A program made the translations under genes and the position numbers. The notes below the pieces were generated by a model. That model was not told where the DNA came from, made no database searches, and was given only the letters and a program-made list of their open reading frames with translations. Positions 20,369 through 29,370 of a stretch of 64,000 nt of DNA are shown one piece after another; position 1 is the first letter of the stretch, and every line of letters begins with the position of its first letter. Source of the stretch: Fibrobacteria bacterium (lineage in GTDB: Bacteria > Fibrobacterota > Fibrobacteria > UBA11236); NCBI GenBank assembly GCA_043745805.1, contig JAYTSD010000045.1:96001-160000 (forward strand), read 5' to 3'.

Positions 20369-20936
20369 ATGGATACCTTAATGCAAAAAATCACCTTTGG
20401 AATCATGCATAATCGTCAGTTTCAATTCATAGACAAAGCCGGTAAAATGGTAGATGATGTGCTTTCATTGAACAAAACTGTACATTTTCAGGGAAATGAA
20501 CTCTTCGCTGAAGTTGGATGGGCTAATGACAGATTGTAATAAGACAGTTACTAGAATTGGAATTGTTAATGAATTTTTATTTAATACAATAGGAGATGCT
20601 TCCGAGTTTATTGGCGACAATTTTTTAAATATCAAATCGATTGGTGATCCTACAGAAGTTGTACGCAGATTCACTGTGAAAAACCCACTCCCAATTTGAA
20701 AAGATGAAGTAAAATACTTTGATTATACTGCTGCTATTTTCCAGATTTCAAATATACCGTATAAAGAAGATGAGGAGAAGCCAGCATTTAAGTTGAGTAT
20801 TGATTTTCAAATTTACTTTTCGCCAGAAAGAGAATACGAAATTCAACTTTTAGAAGATCATTTTAAACGCCTGAATAATTATGTTGAAAATTTAAAAACA
20901 GGGGGGGTATCCAAAACATTCCTGACGGGAAAAATA
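20369..20936 (+). pseudogene. Disrupted hypothetical gene (TIGR04255-like sporadically distributed family)
   Basis: ATG 20369 (MDTLMQKITFGIMHNRQFQFIDKAGKMVDD..) to TAA 20537-39; resumes in another frame (VTRIGIVNEF..) with an in-frame TGA at 20697-99 and continues to LSIDFQIYFSP. Confidence 0.5.
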
Positions 20937-21449
20937 ATGGCTAATCCAAGAAAGAAAAAGTCTGGAGAAATACTTATTCCAAGGAATTGTGTCGCCGATG
21001 AAAGGCTGGCTTTTAAAAAAGCTGTCAAAAAGACTAGAACCTCCAGTACAGCAACTGATTCTCGGGACGACATGTTGTTTGATGATTCATCAACTACTGC
21101 ATCTACTTCTAAGAAGCCAAATAAAATGGCATTAGGTGCTTCACCTGCAGCACCTGAGCGTCTGGAACAAGTTAATCCTCTTGAAGATTCCATTAAAAAT
21201 GATAGAGCCTTTCCTTTTGCTTTTAAAGTTATGATGGCTATACTCGGGCTAATTGTACCTGTAATGGCTACCGTTTATTTTTTTAACGAATTCAGTTCAA
21301 AAACTACCGCGAATACAACAAACATATCGAATCTTGAAAAAAATGTTGAATCGTTAAAGAACGACTTAAATTCAAGCATAAATAAGATCGAAAATAGGCT
21401 CGACCCCAAAATTAATCGACTTGACTCAAGGTTGGATCAAAAAAAATAA
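20937..21449 (+). CDS. Hypothetical single-TM protein with C-terminal coiled coil (probable true start inside ORF 20793..21449)
   Basis: GGGA-N-ATG at 20937 (MANPRKKK..), low-complexity linker, TM VMMAILGLIVPVMATVYFF, heptad tail. Confidence 0.55.
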   Translation: MANPRKKKSGEILIPRNCVADERLAFKKAVKKTRTSSTATDSRDDMLFDDSSTTASTSKKPNKMALGASPAAPERLEQVNPLEDSIKNDRAFPFAFKVMMAILGLIVPVMATVYFFNEFSSKTTANTTNISNLEKNVESLKNDLNSSINKIENRLDPKINRLDSRLDQKK

Positions 21450-21458
21450 ATTCTATAG

Positions 21459-21554
21459 CATTGTGACTACATTTTAAAGTTCAGCCCTACATTTGAAACT
21501 ATGGAAAAAGCCGCAACTGTTTTGGGGAAAAAACTGAAAATCAGTTTAGTTTAA
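21459..21554 (+). pseudogene. C-terminal remnant of a HicB/Xre-HTH antitoxin
   Basis: SPTFETMEKAATVLGKKLKISLV* matches the T..T...AA..LGK.L.I.L tail of HTH antitoxins; no N-terminus present. Confidence 0.6.
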
Positions 21555-21601
21555 AAATCAATCATTTCGGAAATTCGTACTAACGGTGCAGCCAAACAAA
21601 A

Positions 21602-21677
21602 TGGCTGCCTGAGCAGGACTCGAACCTGCGACCGAGCGATTAACAGTCGCTTGCTCTACCAACTGAGCTATCAGGCA
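21602..21677 (-). tRNA. tRNA-Asn(GTT)
   Basis: TGCCTGATAGCTCAGTTGGTAGAGCAAGCGACT-GTT-AATCGCTCGGTCGCAGGTTCGAGTCCTGCTCAGGCAGCCA, 76 nt, CCA encoded. Confidence 0.97.
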
Positions 21678-21783
21678 ATAAAAACTATACCACTGAACCC
21701 AAAAGGGTCAGTCGGGGCGTAAATGTAAGCTGCTTGCTTTATTTCTTCAAGGGAGTAAATGCATTTTTGTTGATTTTTTAGAT

Positions 21784-22272
21784 TTATTCTAAGGCCTTCA
21801 ATAGCCGCATTAACATGGGATGATGCTCGCCCTCATGAAATACCAATAAATAAAGGTCATCGGCCACGGTGGCGAAATGTCCATTGAGATAATCAAAGGG
21901 TATAGTCATGGGGAGTTCAAGAATAGATCCATAATGTTCAACCAAGGCAAAGCTATACGATTTATATACCTCTAGCAATTGAGCAAAAGACGGGGTTTGT
22001 TGATCATAATCGAGGGGGGATTTCCCGTCGGCAAAATATTTTTTAAAACCTAAATCAATGGGTAAGGGTTTTCCCCGTCGCACATACCAATGGGCTAACT
22101 GAACATGTAAAATATGACCTACATGCCAATGAATATTATTTTTGGATCCGGAGGGAATAAAAAAGGCTTGTTCTTCGGAAAGATTTTCCACTTTAGTTAA
22201 GGTGGCGCTGCGAATATTTTGCAGTACAGAAATGATTTTTTCGGTAGCGAGAGAAACAGTATTATCAAGCAT
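21784..22272 (-). CDS. DinB family protein (possible thiol S-transferase)
   Basis: NNIHWHVGHI and FHEGEHH His triad. Confidence 0.85.
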   Translation of the reverse strand: MLDNTVSLATEKIISVLQNIRSATLTKVENLSEEQAFFIPSGSKNNIHWHVGHILHVQLAHWYVRRGKPLPIDLGFKKYFADGKSPLDYDQQTPSFAQLLEVYKSYSFALVEHYGSILELPMTIPFDYLNGHFATVADDLYLLVFHEGEHHPMLMRLLKALE

Positions 22273-22469
22273 AATTTTCCTTGGTTTATTTGAATGTAAC
22301 TATTCTCAAGCCCCAGTTTACTGTAAAGAATTATTTCACTTTGTCCAAGAAGTGGACGATTTGTTTTTTTTAAACGCGGTAATTTGATATTTCAAAATAA
22401 AAACCAAGTAAAAACCCGTCTAAACCGATGTATGGCTTATTACATTGCAATTACGCATAAAAAAATATT

Positions 22470-22485
22470 CGGCATTCGAATTGCT
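22470..22485 (+). promoter_or_regulatory. Putative sigma-54 (-24/-12) promoter
   Basis: CGGCATTCGAATTGCT: GG-N10-GC with TTGCT, 46 nt upstream of ATG 22532. Confidence 0.55.
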
Positions 22486-22531
22486 TAAACTCACGTTAAG
22501 GTCTCATGGCCACAACAACAAGGAGTACACC

Positions 22532-22948
22532 ATGAAAAAATCATTAATTACCAAAACCTTTCTCGTTGCCGCTTTAGCATTTAGCATTGGCGCCGCAAAT
22601 GATTCTACTAAAACCACTTCAGCCGCTCCTGCTATGAAATCAGCTCCAGCAGCGGTGAAAAGCAAAATTAAAACCCATAGCTTTTCTGGAACAGTAACAG
22701 CTGTTGATTCCGTAGCTAGCTCGATTTCGGGAACCAATAAAAATGGTGCTCAAACTTTTGCGGTTGCGGCCGATGCTAAAATTCAAGAAGGCAAAACTGT
22801 GCTTACCTTGGGTTCCATTGCTGTGAATAGCAAAATCGTAGTGACCTTTACCGAAGACGCTGGAATAAAAAACGCTTCCATGATTAAGGTTCAAGCCGAA
22901 AGCAAAAAGCCTGCAAAGGCAGTTAAAGACACCAAAGCCGTTAAATAG
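22532..22948 (+). CDS. Secreted Ala/Lys-rich small OB-fold protein (DUF5666-like)
   Basis: AGGAG RBS before ATG 22532; signal peptide; GTVTAVD...TFAV..DAKI...L..I...V.F pattern. Confidence 0.65.
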   Translation: MKKSLITKTFLVAALAFSIGAANDSTKTTSAAPAMKSAPAAVKSKIKTHSFSGTVTAVDSVASSISGTNKNGAQTFAVAADAKIQEGKTVLTLGSIAVNSKIVVTFTEDAGIKNASMIKVQAESKKPAKAVKDTKAVK

Positions 22949-22972
22949 TATTTCGATTTAATTTCATTGATT

Positions 22973-23005
22973 AAAAGCATGGAGATAATTTCTCTATGCT
23001 TTTTT
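22973..23005 (+). terminator. Intrinsic terminator
   Basis: AAAAGCATGGAGA-taatt-TCTCTATGC-TTTTTT. Confidence 0.65.
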
Positions 23006-23206
23006 GTTTCCCCCAAACAAGTCATAAAATAACTTTCATTGTTTCTTATGATAAAAAATGAGGGTGGGGCTTTTTTGGCCTTAGGTAAATCGATGCTCAA
23101 AAACTGCGTTTTTAACTTTGGAGGTATTGTTAACCTAGAATTTTAAATAATCAGTTCTAGCCTGTGGGGACAGTGCTTTTTCTTCAAATATTTCGAGAGG
23201 GAAATA

Positions 23207-24685
23207 ATGAAAAAAAATAGATCCTATTGGCTAAATAAATGGTTTTTCGCATTATCAATAGTTTTCACAAGCCAAGGTTTAAATTTTGCCGATTTACCAC
23301 CGGATTTTAAAGTGGAAACCATTGCCACTGGCATTAAACAACCCACATGCTTGGTGCATTTACCCGATGGTCGAATTTTCGTCAATGAACGCGGCGGTAA
23401 CATATTCGCAGTCGATCCGCTAACGAAAAAGCCCCCGTCCTTAGTTTATGGTTTTCCAGTTTCAGGGGGTGCGGAACAAGGTTTATTGAAAATGGTAATT
23501 GATCCACATTTTGCGGAAAATGGTTGGCTTTACGTTTACTATGCCACTCCCGATAATGACCATCATAACATTGATCGCTTAACCATAGGCAAAGATAATT
23601 CTGTTTCAGGTGTGATTAATATCACAAAACTACCGCAAATCACGGGCGGTCGTTTGCATAATGGATCGGCTATGGCTTTTGGTAAGGACGGAAATTTATA
23701 TGTAGGTCGCGGCGAAGATCAAACCAACACTTGGGCTCCACTTTGGACTAGTCAACGTGGAAAGATTTTACGATTTACACCCGATGGCAAGCCCGCTCCA
23801 GGGAATCCGCATTATAATGTGGTGGGTGCAAGTGATGAAGAGAAAAGTATTTGGGCGCGTGGCTTTCGCAATCCTTGGACTTTAACTTATGATCCGGCCA
23901 GTGGGCGTTTATTTGAAGGCGATGTCGGTAATTTGCATGAAGAAATTAATGATTTAACCGCTCCCGATTCCAGCAAAGATTTTTGGTATGGCTACGGTCC
24001 TAATTATCCACCAGGCGATGGATCCGACCCAACTAAATTAGGGAATACTATTGATCCACTATACTATTACAATACGGGTTCAATTGGTTGCGCCGTTTTG
24101 GGCGAATTGCCCTTAACCTCGGCGGCTACGAAATGGCCTGAAGAGTATAAAAATCGCATTTATTTTGCCGATTTTTGCAGTGGTTGGATTCGGTCTCTGC
24201 CCATGAAGCCCGCAGGTAAAGGGGTGGATGTCAACGATACCGTGACTAGTAAAATGAAAATTTTTGGTGACAAAGCTTTTTTTAACCCACTGGGATTATC
24301 GCAAGGGGTGGATGGAAATATGTACCTTGTAGGTTACGGTAGTGGGCAAGTTCTTAAAATATCGTATACCGGTGTGGTGGGCATTGAAAAACCTTTTGCC
24401 TCCTTAAAAGCCAATGGCCAAAGTACTTTTCTTAAAATCGCTATTGCTGCTGATTTAACATTTAATGTGACTGGGTTAACTAACAATGACAATTTGCTAG
24501 CGAGTTTTGTGATTCATGATATGCAAGGGAAAGAAATATTTCAACAAAGCGCGACTTTGCAACATGGAGAATTAGCTCTGAAAAATGTGCAAATCAATCA
24601 TGGCGGTTTGGTTTTCTATCAAATCAGCTGGAATGAAGCGGGACAAATTCACCATACCCAAGGCCATTTAATGGTTTTGCCGTAA
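23207..24685 (+). CDS. Secreted PQQ-dependent glucose/sorbosone dehydrogenase family protein with C-terminal sorting-like domain
   Basis: LPDGRIFVNERGG, EQGLL..DPHFAENGWLYVYY, HNGSAMAFGKDGNLY, GKILR, GFRNPW, GDVG..EEIN; tail FVIHDMQGKEI..GLVFYQI. Confidence 0.88.
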   Translation: MKKNRSYWLNKWFFALSIVFTSQGLNFADLPPDFKVETIATGIKQPTCLVHLPDGRIFVNERGGNIFAVDPLTKKPPSLVYGFPVSGGAEQGLLKMVIDPHFAENGWLYVYYATPDNDHHNIDRLTIGKDNSVSGVINITKLPQITGGRLHNGSAMAFGKDGNLYVGRGEDQTNTWAPLWTSQRGKILRFTPDGKPAPGNPHYNVVGASDEEKSIWARGFRNPWTLTYDPASGRLFEGDVGNLHEEINDLTAPDSSKDFWYGYGPNYPPGDGSDPTKLGNTIDPLYYYNTGSIGCAVLGELPLTSAATKWPEEYKNRIYFADFCSGWIRSLPMKPAGKGVDVNDTVTSKMKIFGDKAFFNPLGLSQGVDGNMYLVGYGSGQVLKISYTGVVGIEKPFASLKANGQSTFLKIAIAADLTFNVTGLTNNDNLLASFVIHDMQGKEIFQQSATLQHGELALKNVQINHGGLVFYQISWNEAGQIHHTQGHLMVLP

Positions 24686-24828
24686 ATTATTACTCAGAAT
24701 CCTCTCCTGTCAAAAAAAGGTAAAGTTTTTTTCGACCTTTCCATGTGGGAATCTTGTCATCTTGGCTATATTAGCTCAGTCTTTTTTAGGACTTAACTCA
24801 AACCTGGAGGAAAGCCGTTAGGCTAAAT

Positions 24829-26193
24829 ATGGAAAAGAAAATCCGTACTCAATTATCAGTTATGATGTTTTTACAATTTTTTATATGGGGTGCTTGGTTC
24901 GTTACTCTGGGACAATGTCTTGGCACAAATGGTTTGGCTGGAATTATCGGTGGTGCCTATGGAACCGCTCCTATCGCAGCAATCTTTGCTCCGCTTTTCT
25001 TAGGAATCGTTGCGGACCGCCTTTTCGCCTCCGAGAAAATAATGGGCGTTTTGCTATTGATTGGCGGTGCCTTAATGTGCATCGCTCCAAGTTTTGCAGC
25101 AGCTGGAAATGGTAATGCATTGGTTTGGATTTTTACTGGCCATATGCTTTGTTTCATGCCTACGCTTGCTCTTGGTAATAACATTGTTTTTGCCAATGTA
25201 GCCGATCAAAATTCTTTCCCAAAAATAAGAGTATGGGGTACCATTGGTTGGATTGTAGCCGGCCTTGTGATTGGCTTTTTAGGATGGGGTTCGAGTTTTA
25301 ACATTTTCTGGATGGCGGGAATTTGCTCTATAGTTCTTGGCGCATATTGCTTTATGCTTCCTAATACACCAGCACCTGCCAAAGGCAAGCCAGTAAATCT
25401 TCGCGCACTTTTCATGGTAGATGCCTTTTCCTTAATGAAAAAGCCAGCTTTCTTGGTTTTCATTGTTTGCTCTACGCTTATCTGTATTCCTCTTGCTTAC
25501 TATTATGCACTTACCTCTAATTATCTCAGTAATGCTGGCTTTCTTGCTCCTGCTTCCAGTATGTCCATTGGACAAATGTCGGAAATTGGTTTCATGCTTT
25601 TGGTACCTTTCTTCATGAGAAGAATGGGCGTTAAATACATGATTCTTTTTGGTATGCTCGCTTGGGTTGCCCGCTATGCATTGTTTGCTATGGGTGCACC
25701 TCATCAAATTGCTTGGATGTTATTCGCTGGTATCGCGATGCATGGTATCTGCTATGACTTTTTCTTTGTAACAGGGTTTATGTACACCGATCGTATTTCC
25801 TCGAAGGATATTAAAGGCCAGTCCCAAAGTATGTTGGTTTTCTTCACTCAAGGAATCGGAATGTATTTTGGCTATATGGTCGCATTTGGTAAATTTGGAT
25901 CCATTGCAGATAAATACACTGCTTTAGATACTGCTATCAAAGCGGTACGTCCTGCTGAAACACTTTCATTTGTTCAGTCCTTTGCAAATATGTTTTCAGT
26001 AGAAAAACTCACAGTGGATGCAGAACTTGTGACTACCACTATGAATAGCTGGAAGGGCTTTTGGATTACTCCTGCCATAATGGCTGCAGTGATTGCAGTT
26101 ATATTCTTCCTTGGCTTTTGGGATAAAGAAAAAGTAGAAGTAGTGGAAAAAGCTAAGGCCGCAAAACCTGAAGCAGTAAGTTCCCGCGCTTAA
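24829..26193 (+). CDS. MFS nucleoside:H+ symporter (NupG/XapB/YegT family)
   Basis: LSVMMFLQFFIWGAW, FPKIRVWGTIGWI, GQMSEI, HGICYDFFFV. Confidence 0.92.
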   Translation: MEKKIRTQLSVMMFLQFFIWGAWFVTLGQCLGTNGLAGIIGGAYGTAPIAAIFAPLFLGIVADRLFASEKIMGVLLLIGGALMCIAPSFAAAGNGNALVWIFTGHMLCFMPTLALGNNIVFANVADQNSFPKIRVWGTIGWIVAGLVIGFLGWGSSFNIFWMAGICSIVLGAYCFMLPNTPAPAKGKPVNLRALFMVDAFSLMKKPAFLVFIVCSTLICIPLAYYYALTSNYLSNAGFLAPASSMSIGQMSEIGFMLLVPFFMRRMGVKYMILFGMLAWVARYALFAMGAPHQIAWMLFAGIAMHGICYDFFFVTGFMYTDRISSKDIKGQSQSMLVFFTQGIGMYFGYMVAFGKFGSIADKYTALDTAIKAVRPAETLSFVQSFANMFSVEKLTVDAELVTTTMNSWKGFWITPAIMAAVIAVIFFLGFWDKEKVEVVEKAKAAKPEAVSSRA

Positions 26194-26211
26194 TTCATTT
26201 TAAGCATGAAT

Positions 26212-26245
26212 AAAAAAAGGCCGCTGAAATCAGCGGCCTTTTTTT
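26212..26245. terminator. Bidirectional intrinsic terminator
   Basis: A7-GGCCGCTGA-aa-TCAGCGGCC-T7. Confidence 0.9.
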
Positions 26246-26260
26246 AGGATGATGATTTTT

Positions 26261-26887
26261 TTATTTAATGCCGAAGCGTTTCATCTCTTCAATAGAGGAT
26301 ACGCAAACATTTAAATCCTGTAATAAACCATTGGAAACACCGTATATCCAGCCATGCACGGCAATCTCCTGACCGCGTCGCCAAGCTTCTTGCACAACAG
26401 TAGTGTGACAAACATTATAAACTTGTTGGGTCACATTGAGTTCGCATAAACGATCAATGCGTTTATCTTCATTTTCAATATTACGCAATTCAGTTTCATT
26501 TTGTAAAAATACTTCACGAATATTGCGTAACCAATTATCAATGAGTCCATGCGGTTCATCGGTTATTGAAGCTTTCACGCCCCCACAACCATAATGTCCA
26601 CAAACAATTATATGCTTTACTTTTAAAATATCAATAGCGTATTGCATCACCGATAAACAGTTCATGTCCGTATGTATCACGAGATTAGAAACATTGCGAT
26701 GCACAAATAATTCACCAGGCAATAAACCCACAATTTCATTGGCGGGCACGCGGCTGTCGGAACAGCCTATCCACAGGTATTCTGGGGATTGCTGGGTTTT
26801 AAGTTTTTCAAAAAAGGTTTTATCCAATTCCAATATGGATTTGGCCCAATCTTTATTTTTATCGAAAAGATGTGAAAGTGTGTCCAA
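26261..26887 (-). CDS. can: Beta-class carbonic anhydrase
   Basis: QSPEYLWIGCSDSRVPAN, GELFVHRNV, CGHYGCGG. Confidence 0.95.
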   Translation of the reverse strand: MDTLSHLFDKNKDWAKSILELDKTFFEKLKTQQSPEYLWIGCSDSRVPANEIVGLLPGELFVHRNVSNLVIHTDMNCLSVMQYAIDILKVKHIIVCGHYGCGGVKASITDEPHGLIDNWLRNIREVFLQNETELRNIENEDKRIDRLCELNVTQQVYNVCHTTVVQEAWRRGQEIAVHGWIYGVSNGLLQDLNVCVSSIEEMKRFGIK

Positions 26888-26980
26888 TTTTACCTATGCT
26901 GAATTTGAATTATATAAGTTTATTTTCAAGCTTAAAAATTAAGCCTGAAAATCATTAAGCGAAATATTTTGATAAGGCTT

Positions 26981-27397
26981 TTAACAAAATTTGTCGAAAG
27001 CTTGAATGACTTCCGCACCAATTTCTTCCGCGCTGCGACCGGTAATTTGATGACGTTCCAACATGAAAACCACATCGCCATCTTTGATCAAGGCAATTTG
27101 TGGGGAAGAGGGTTGATAGCCCACAAAGTAGGAGCGGGCTTTGGCGGTGGCTTGCGCATCATTTCCAGCAAAAACTGTGATGGATTTCTCAGGTAATTTG
27201 GAATGGCCCATGGCCACCGAAATTCCTGGGCGGGCATTAGCAGCGGCACAACCACAAACTGAATTAACTACCACTAAAACTGGTCCTGTACTTTCGTTTA
27301 AAACTTTTTCCACTTCATCAGGCGTACGAGTTTCTAAAATGCCCAAATCTGTTAGCTCGCGACGCATAGGCCCAATCATCATTTCATCGTACATCAT
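26981..27397 (-). CDS. BrxA/BrxB family bacilliredoxin (YphP/YqiW)
   Basis: PMRRELT, VVNSVCGCAAANARP, TVFAG.D.AT..AR, PSSPQIAL.KDG, ERHQI.GR. Confidence 0.92.
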   Translation of the reverse strand: MMYDEMMIGPMRRELTDLGILETRTPDEVEKVLNESTGPVLVVVNSVCGCAAANARPGISVAMGHSKLPEKSITVFAGNDAQATAKARSYFVGYQPSSPQIALIKDGDVVFMLERHQITGRSAEEIGAEVIQAFDKFC

Positions 27398-27555
27398 AAA
27401 TTTTTCCTCAGTTTTATTTCGATTTCTTTGATTTTATTTATACCGCAATTTAAAAAAAACTAACGGTCTCAAACACCCAAGCTATTTGCGGAAAGGAAAA
27501 ACTTGGGTTAATTTCAGCTCGTATGGCATCCCATTGGAACTCGTTTAATTTTGAT

Positions 27556-28851
27556 TTATCGTGGAAAGGGCGAAAAGGAGGCTGTAGCTGCAAGGCAAGC
27601 CTCAACTTGTCGTTCTTTGCGTTCATTTTTGCGCGCGACGACTGGGGGCAAAAGCCCAAAATTAAAATTCATAGGTTGAAAGTCGGGATTAGGGAAGGTT
27701 AAATGTCTAGCTAAAGAGGCTAAACAACTGCCTTCTGGCCAAATAAATGGGGAATCATCCCGTAAGGTTGCCGCCATTTGCGAGGCGGCATAAAGGCCGG
27801 TTCCCAAAGCTTCGGTATAGCCTTCCGCTCCGGTGATTTGTCCGGCACAAAAAACCTTGGTATTAGGTATTTGCAATTTCTCATTCAAAGCTTGTGGTGA
27901 ATTAATAAAGGTATTGCGGTGCATTGCACCAAAGCGCACAAAGGATGCTTCGCGTAAAGCCGGTACTTTAGAAAAGATTTCTTTTTGGGTGCCCCAACGC
28001 AAACGCGTTTGAAAACCTACCAAATTGTATAAAGTTTTTTCACGATTTTCAGCGCGCAATTGAATGACCGCATAGGGTAACTCGTTGGTTATAGGATGCA
28101 TTAACCCAATAGGACGCATGGGTCCAAAGCGCAAAGTTTCCACGCCGCGACGAGCCATTTCTTCCACCGGTAAACAGCCTTCAAAGAGTTCCCCTTTTTC
28201 AAAAGGCTTGGGCTCTACAGTGTCGGCAGCGCGTAAGGCTTCCACAAAATCGAAGTATTCGGCTTTATTCAAGGGACAATTAATAAAATCGAGGCTATCG
28301 CCTTTTTCCCACCGATTTTTAGCATAGGCTAATTCCATGTTCACGCTATCGATTTCGACCACGGGTGCAATGGAATCAAAAAAATACATGCGTTCGGCAC
28401 CAATTAATTTAAACAGCGATTGCGCTAAGGCATCGGAGCATAAAGGGCCTGGAGCCACTAGGGTATATTGATCGGGATCAATATCCATGGCTTCTTGACG
28501 AATAACCTGTATGTTACTTCGTTCGCTTAAGGCTTTTTCCACCAAGTTGGAAAAAATATTTCGGTCGATCGCTAAGCTTTCACCCGCGGGCACACGCGCT
28601 GCAAAAGCAAGAGGTAACATTTTCGATCCTAAACGTGAAAGCTCTTCTTTCCATAAACCATGCGCCGAAGTCAATGCCAATCCTTTGAAAGAATTGGAGC
28701 AAACTAATTCTGCCAGTTGGGATGTTTTATGCGCTGGCGTTTGCACTTCAGGACGCATTTCCCAAATCTCAATGGGATAGCCACAATCGGCCAATTGCAA
28801 AGCTGCTTCGCAGCCAGCAAGGCCGCCTCCAATGATACGAATGGGTTTCAT
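27556..28851 (-). CDS. trmFO: Folate/FAD-dependent tRNA (uracil-54) methyltransferase TrmFO
   Basis: IIGGGLAGCEAA, AELVCSNS, FEGCLPVE.MARRG.ETLRFGPMRP.GL, NLVGFQT, HRNTF, FQPMN.NFGL. Confidence 0.96.
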   Translation of the reverse strand: MKPIRIIGGGLAGCEAALQLADCGYPIEIWEMRPEVQTPAHKTSQLAELVCSNSFKGLALTSAHGLWKEELSRLGSKMLPLAFAARVPAGESLAIDRNIFSNLVEKALSERSNIQVIRQEAMDIDPDQYTLVAPGPLCSDALAQSLFKLIGAERMYFFDSIAPVVEIDSVNMELAYAKNRWEKGDSLDFINCPLNKAEYFDFVEALRAADTVEPKPFEKGELFEGCLPVEEMARRGVETLRFGPMRPIGLMHPITNELPYAVIQLRAENREKTLYNLVGFQTRLRWGTQKEIFSKVPALREASFVRFGAMHRNTFINSPQALNEKLQIPNTKVFCAGQITGAEGYTEALGTGLYAASQMAATLRDDSPFIWPEGSCLASLARHLTFPNPDFQPMNFNFGLLPPVVARKNERKERQVEACLAATASFSPFPR

Positions 28852-28913
28852 GTTAGCCTAAAAAAAGAGGAATGAATAGCAAGAATGTTTAGGAATGTAT
28901 AACGATAATGTTT

Positions 28914-29366
28914 TTAATGAGACGATTGTAATCCTTGAGATTGCAAATGTTCGGAGAATAAACGCAAAATAATTTTTTTCAAATCTATTAACGTTACCGG
29001 TAAAGCAGGATGAAAAGCGCAATGCTCAATCACCTGTTCCATTTGCATCATGGAGAGAAGACCCATGGCATAAAGTTCTAATAAATAATTATAAGCTGGT
29101 AAGGAAATAAATTCCCGCTCCATGGGATGCAATACCCGCATGCGTAAGGGAAGTTTTTGATTTTGAACAGACTGTATATTCGCCCAAGAAATTAAAGCAT
29201 CGGCACTTTTTTTTCCTAAACCTTGCTGCGTTAAAGCTTGGGATAAATCTGCCCAACCCTTATTGCCTTTAGTGGAATAAGTATGACCATATTGTTCGGG
29301 TTGCATCGCTTTCATATGAAAGACTAAAGCATCCAAAGCTTGCGAATTTAAGGAAGTTAATTCCAT
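28914..29366 (-). CDS. Smg/DUF494-like protein
   Basis: L...G......AL.W, RVLHP.ER.F.S, YL.L...GLL...QME.VIE. Confidence 0.65.
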   Translation of the reverse strand: MELTSLNSQALDALVFHMKAMQPEQYGHTYSTKGNKGWADLSQALTQQGLGKKSADALISWANIQSVQNQKLPLRMRVLHPMEREFISLPAYNYLLELYAMGLLSMMQMEQVIEHCAFHPALPVTLIDLKKIILRLFSEHLQSQGLQSSH

Positions 29367-29370
29367 TCTA

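Noticed and set aside
19695..20936. In-frame TGA codons as evidence of recoding (code 4/25 or selenocysteine)
   Set aside because: The same regions also have TAA stops and frameshifts, and intact genes such as purC and the cyclase end in TGA.
22433..22449. TGGC...TTGCA as a sigma-54 promoter
   Set aside because: The spacing is GG-N11-GC; the correctly spaced motif is at 22470.
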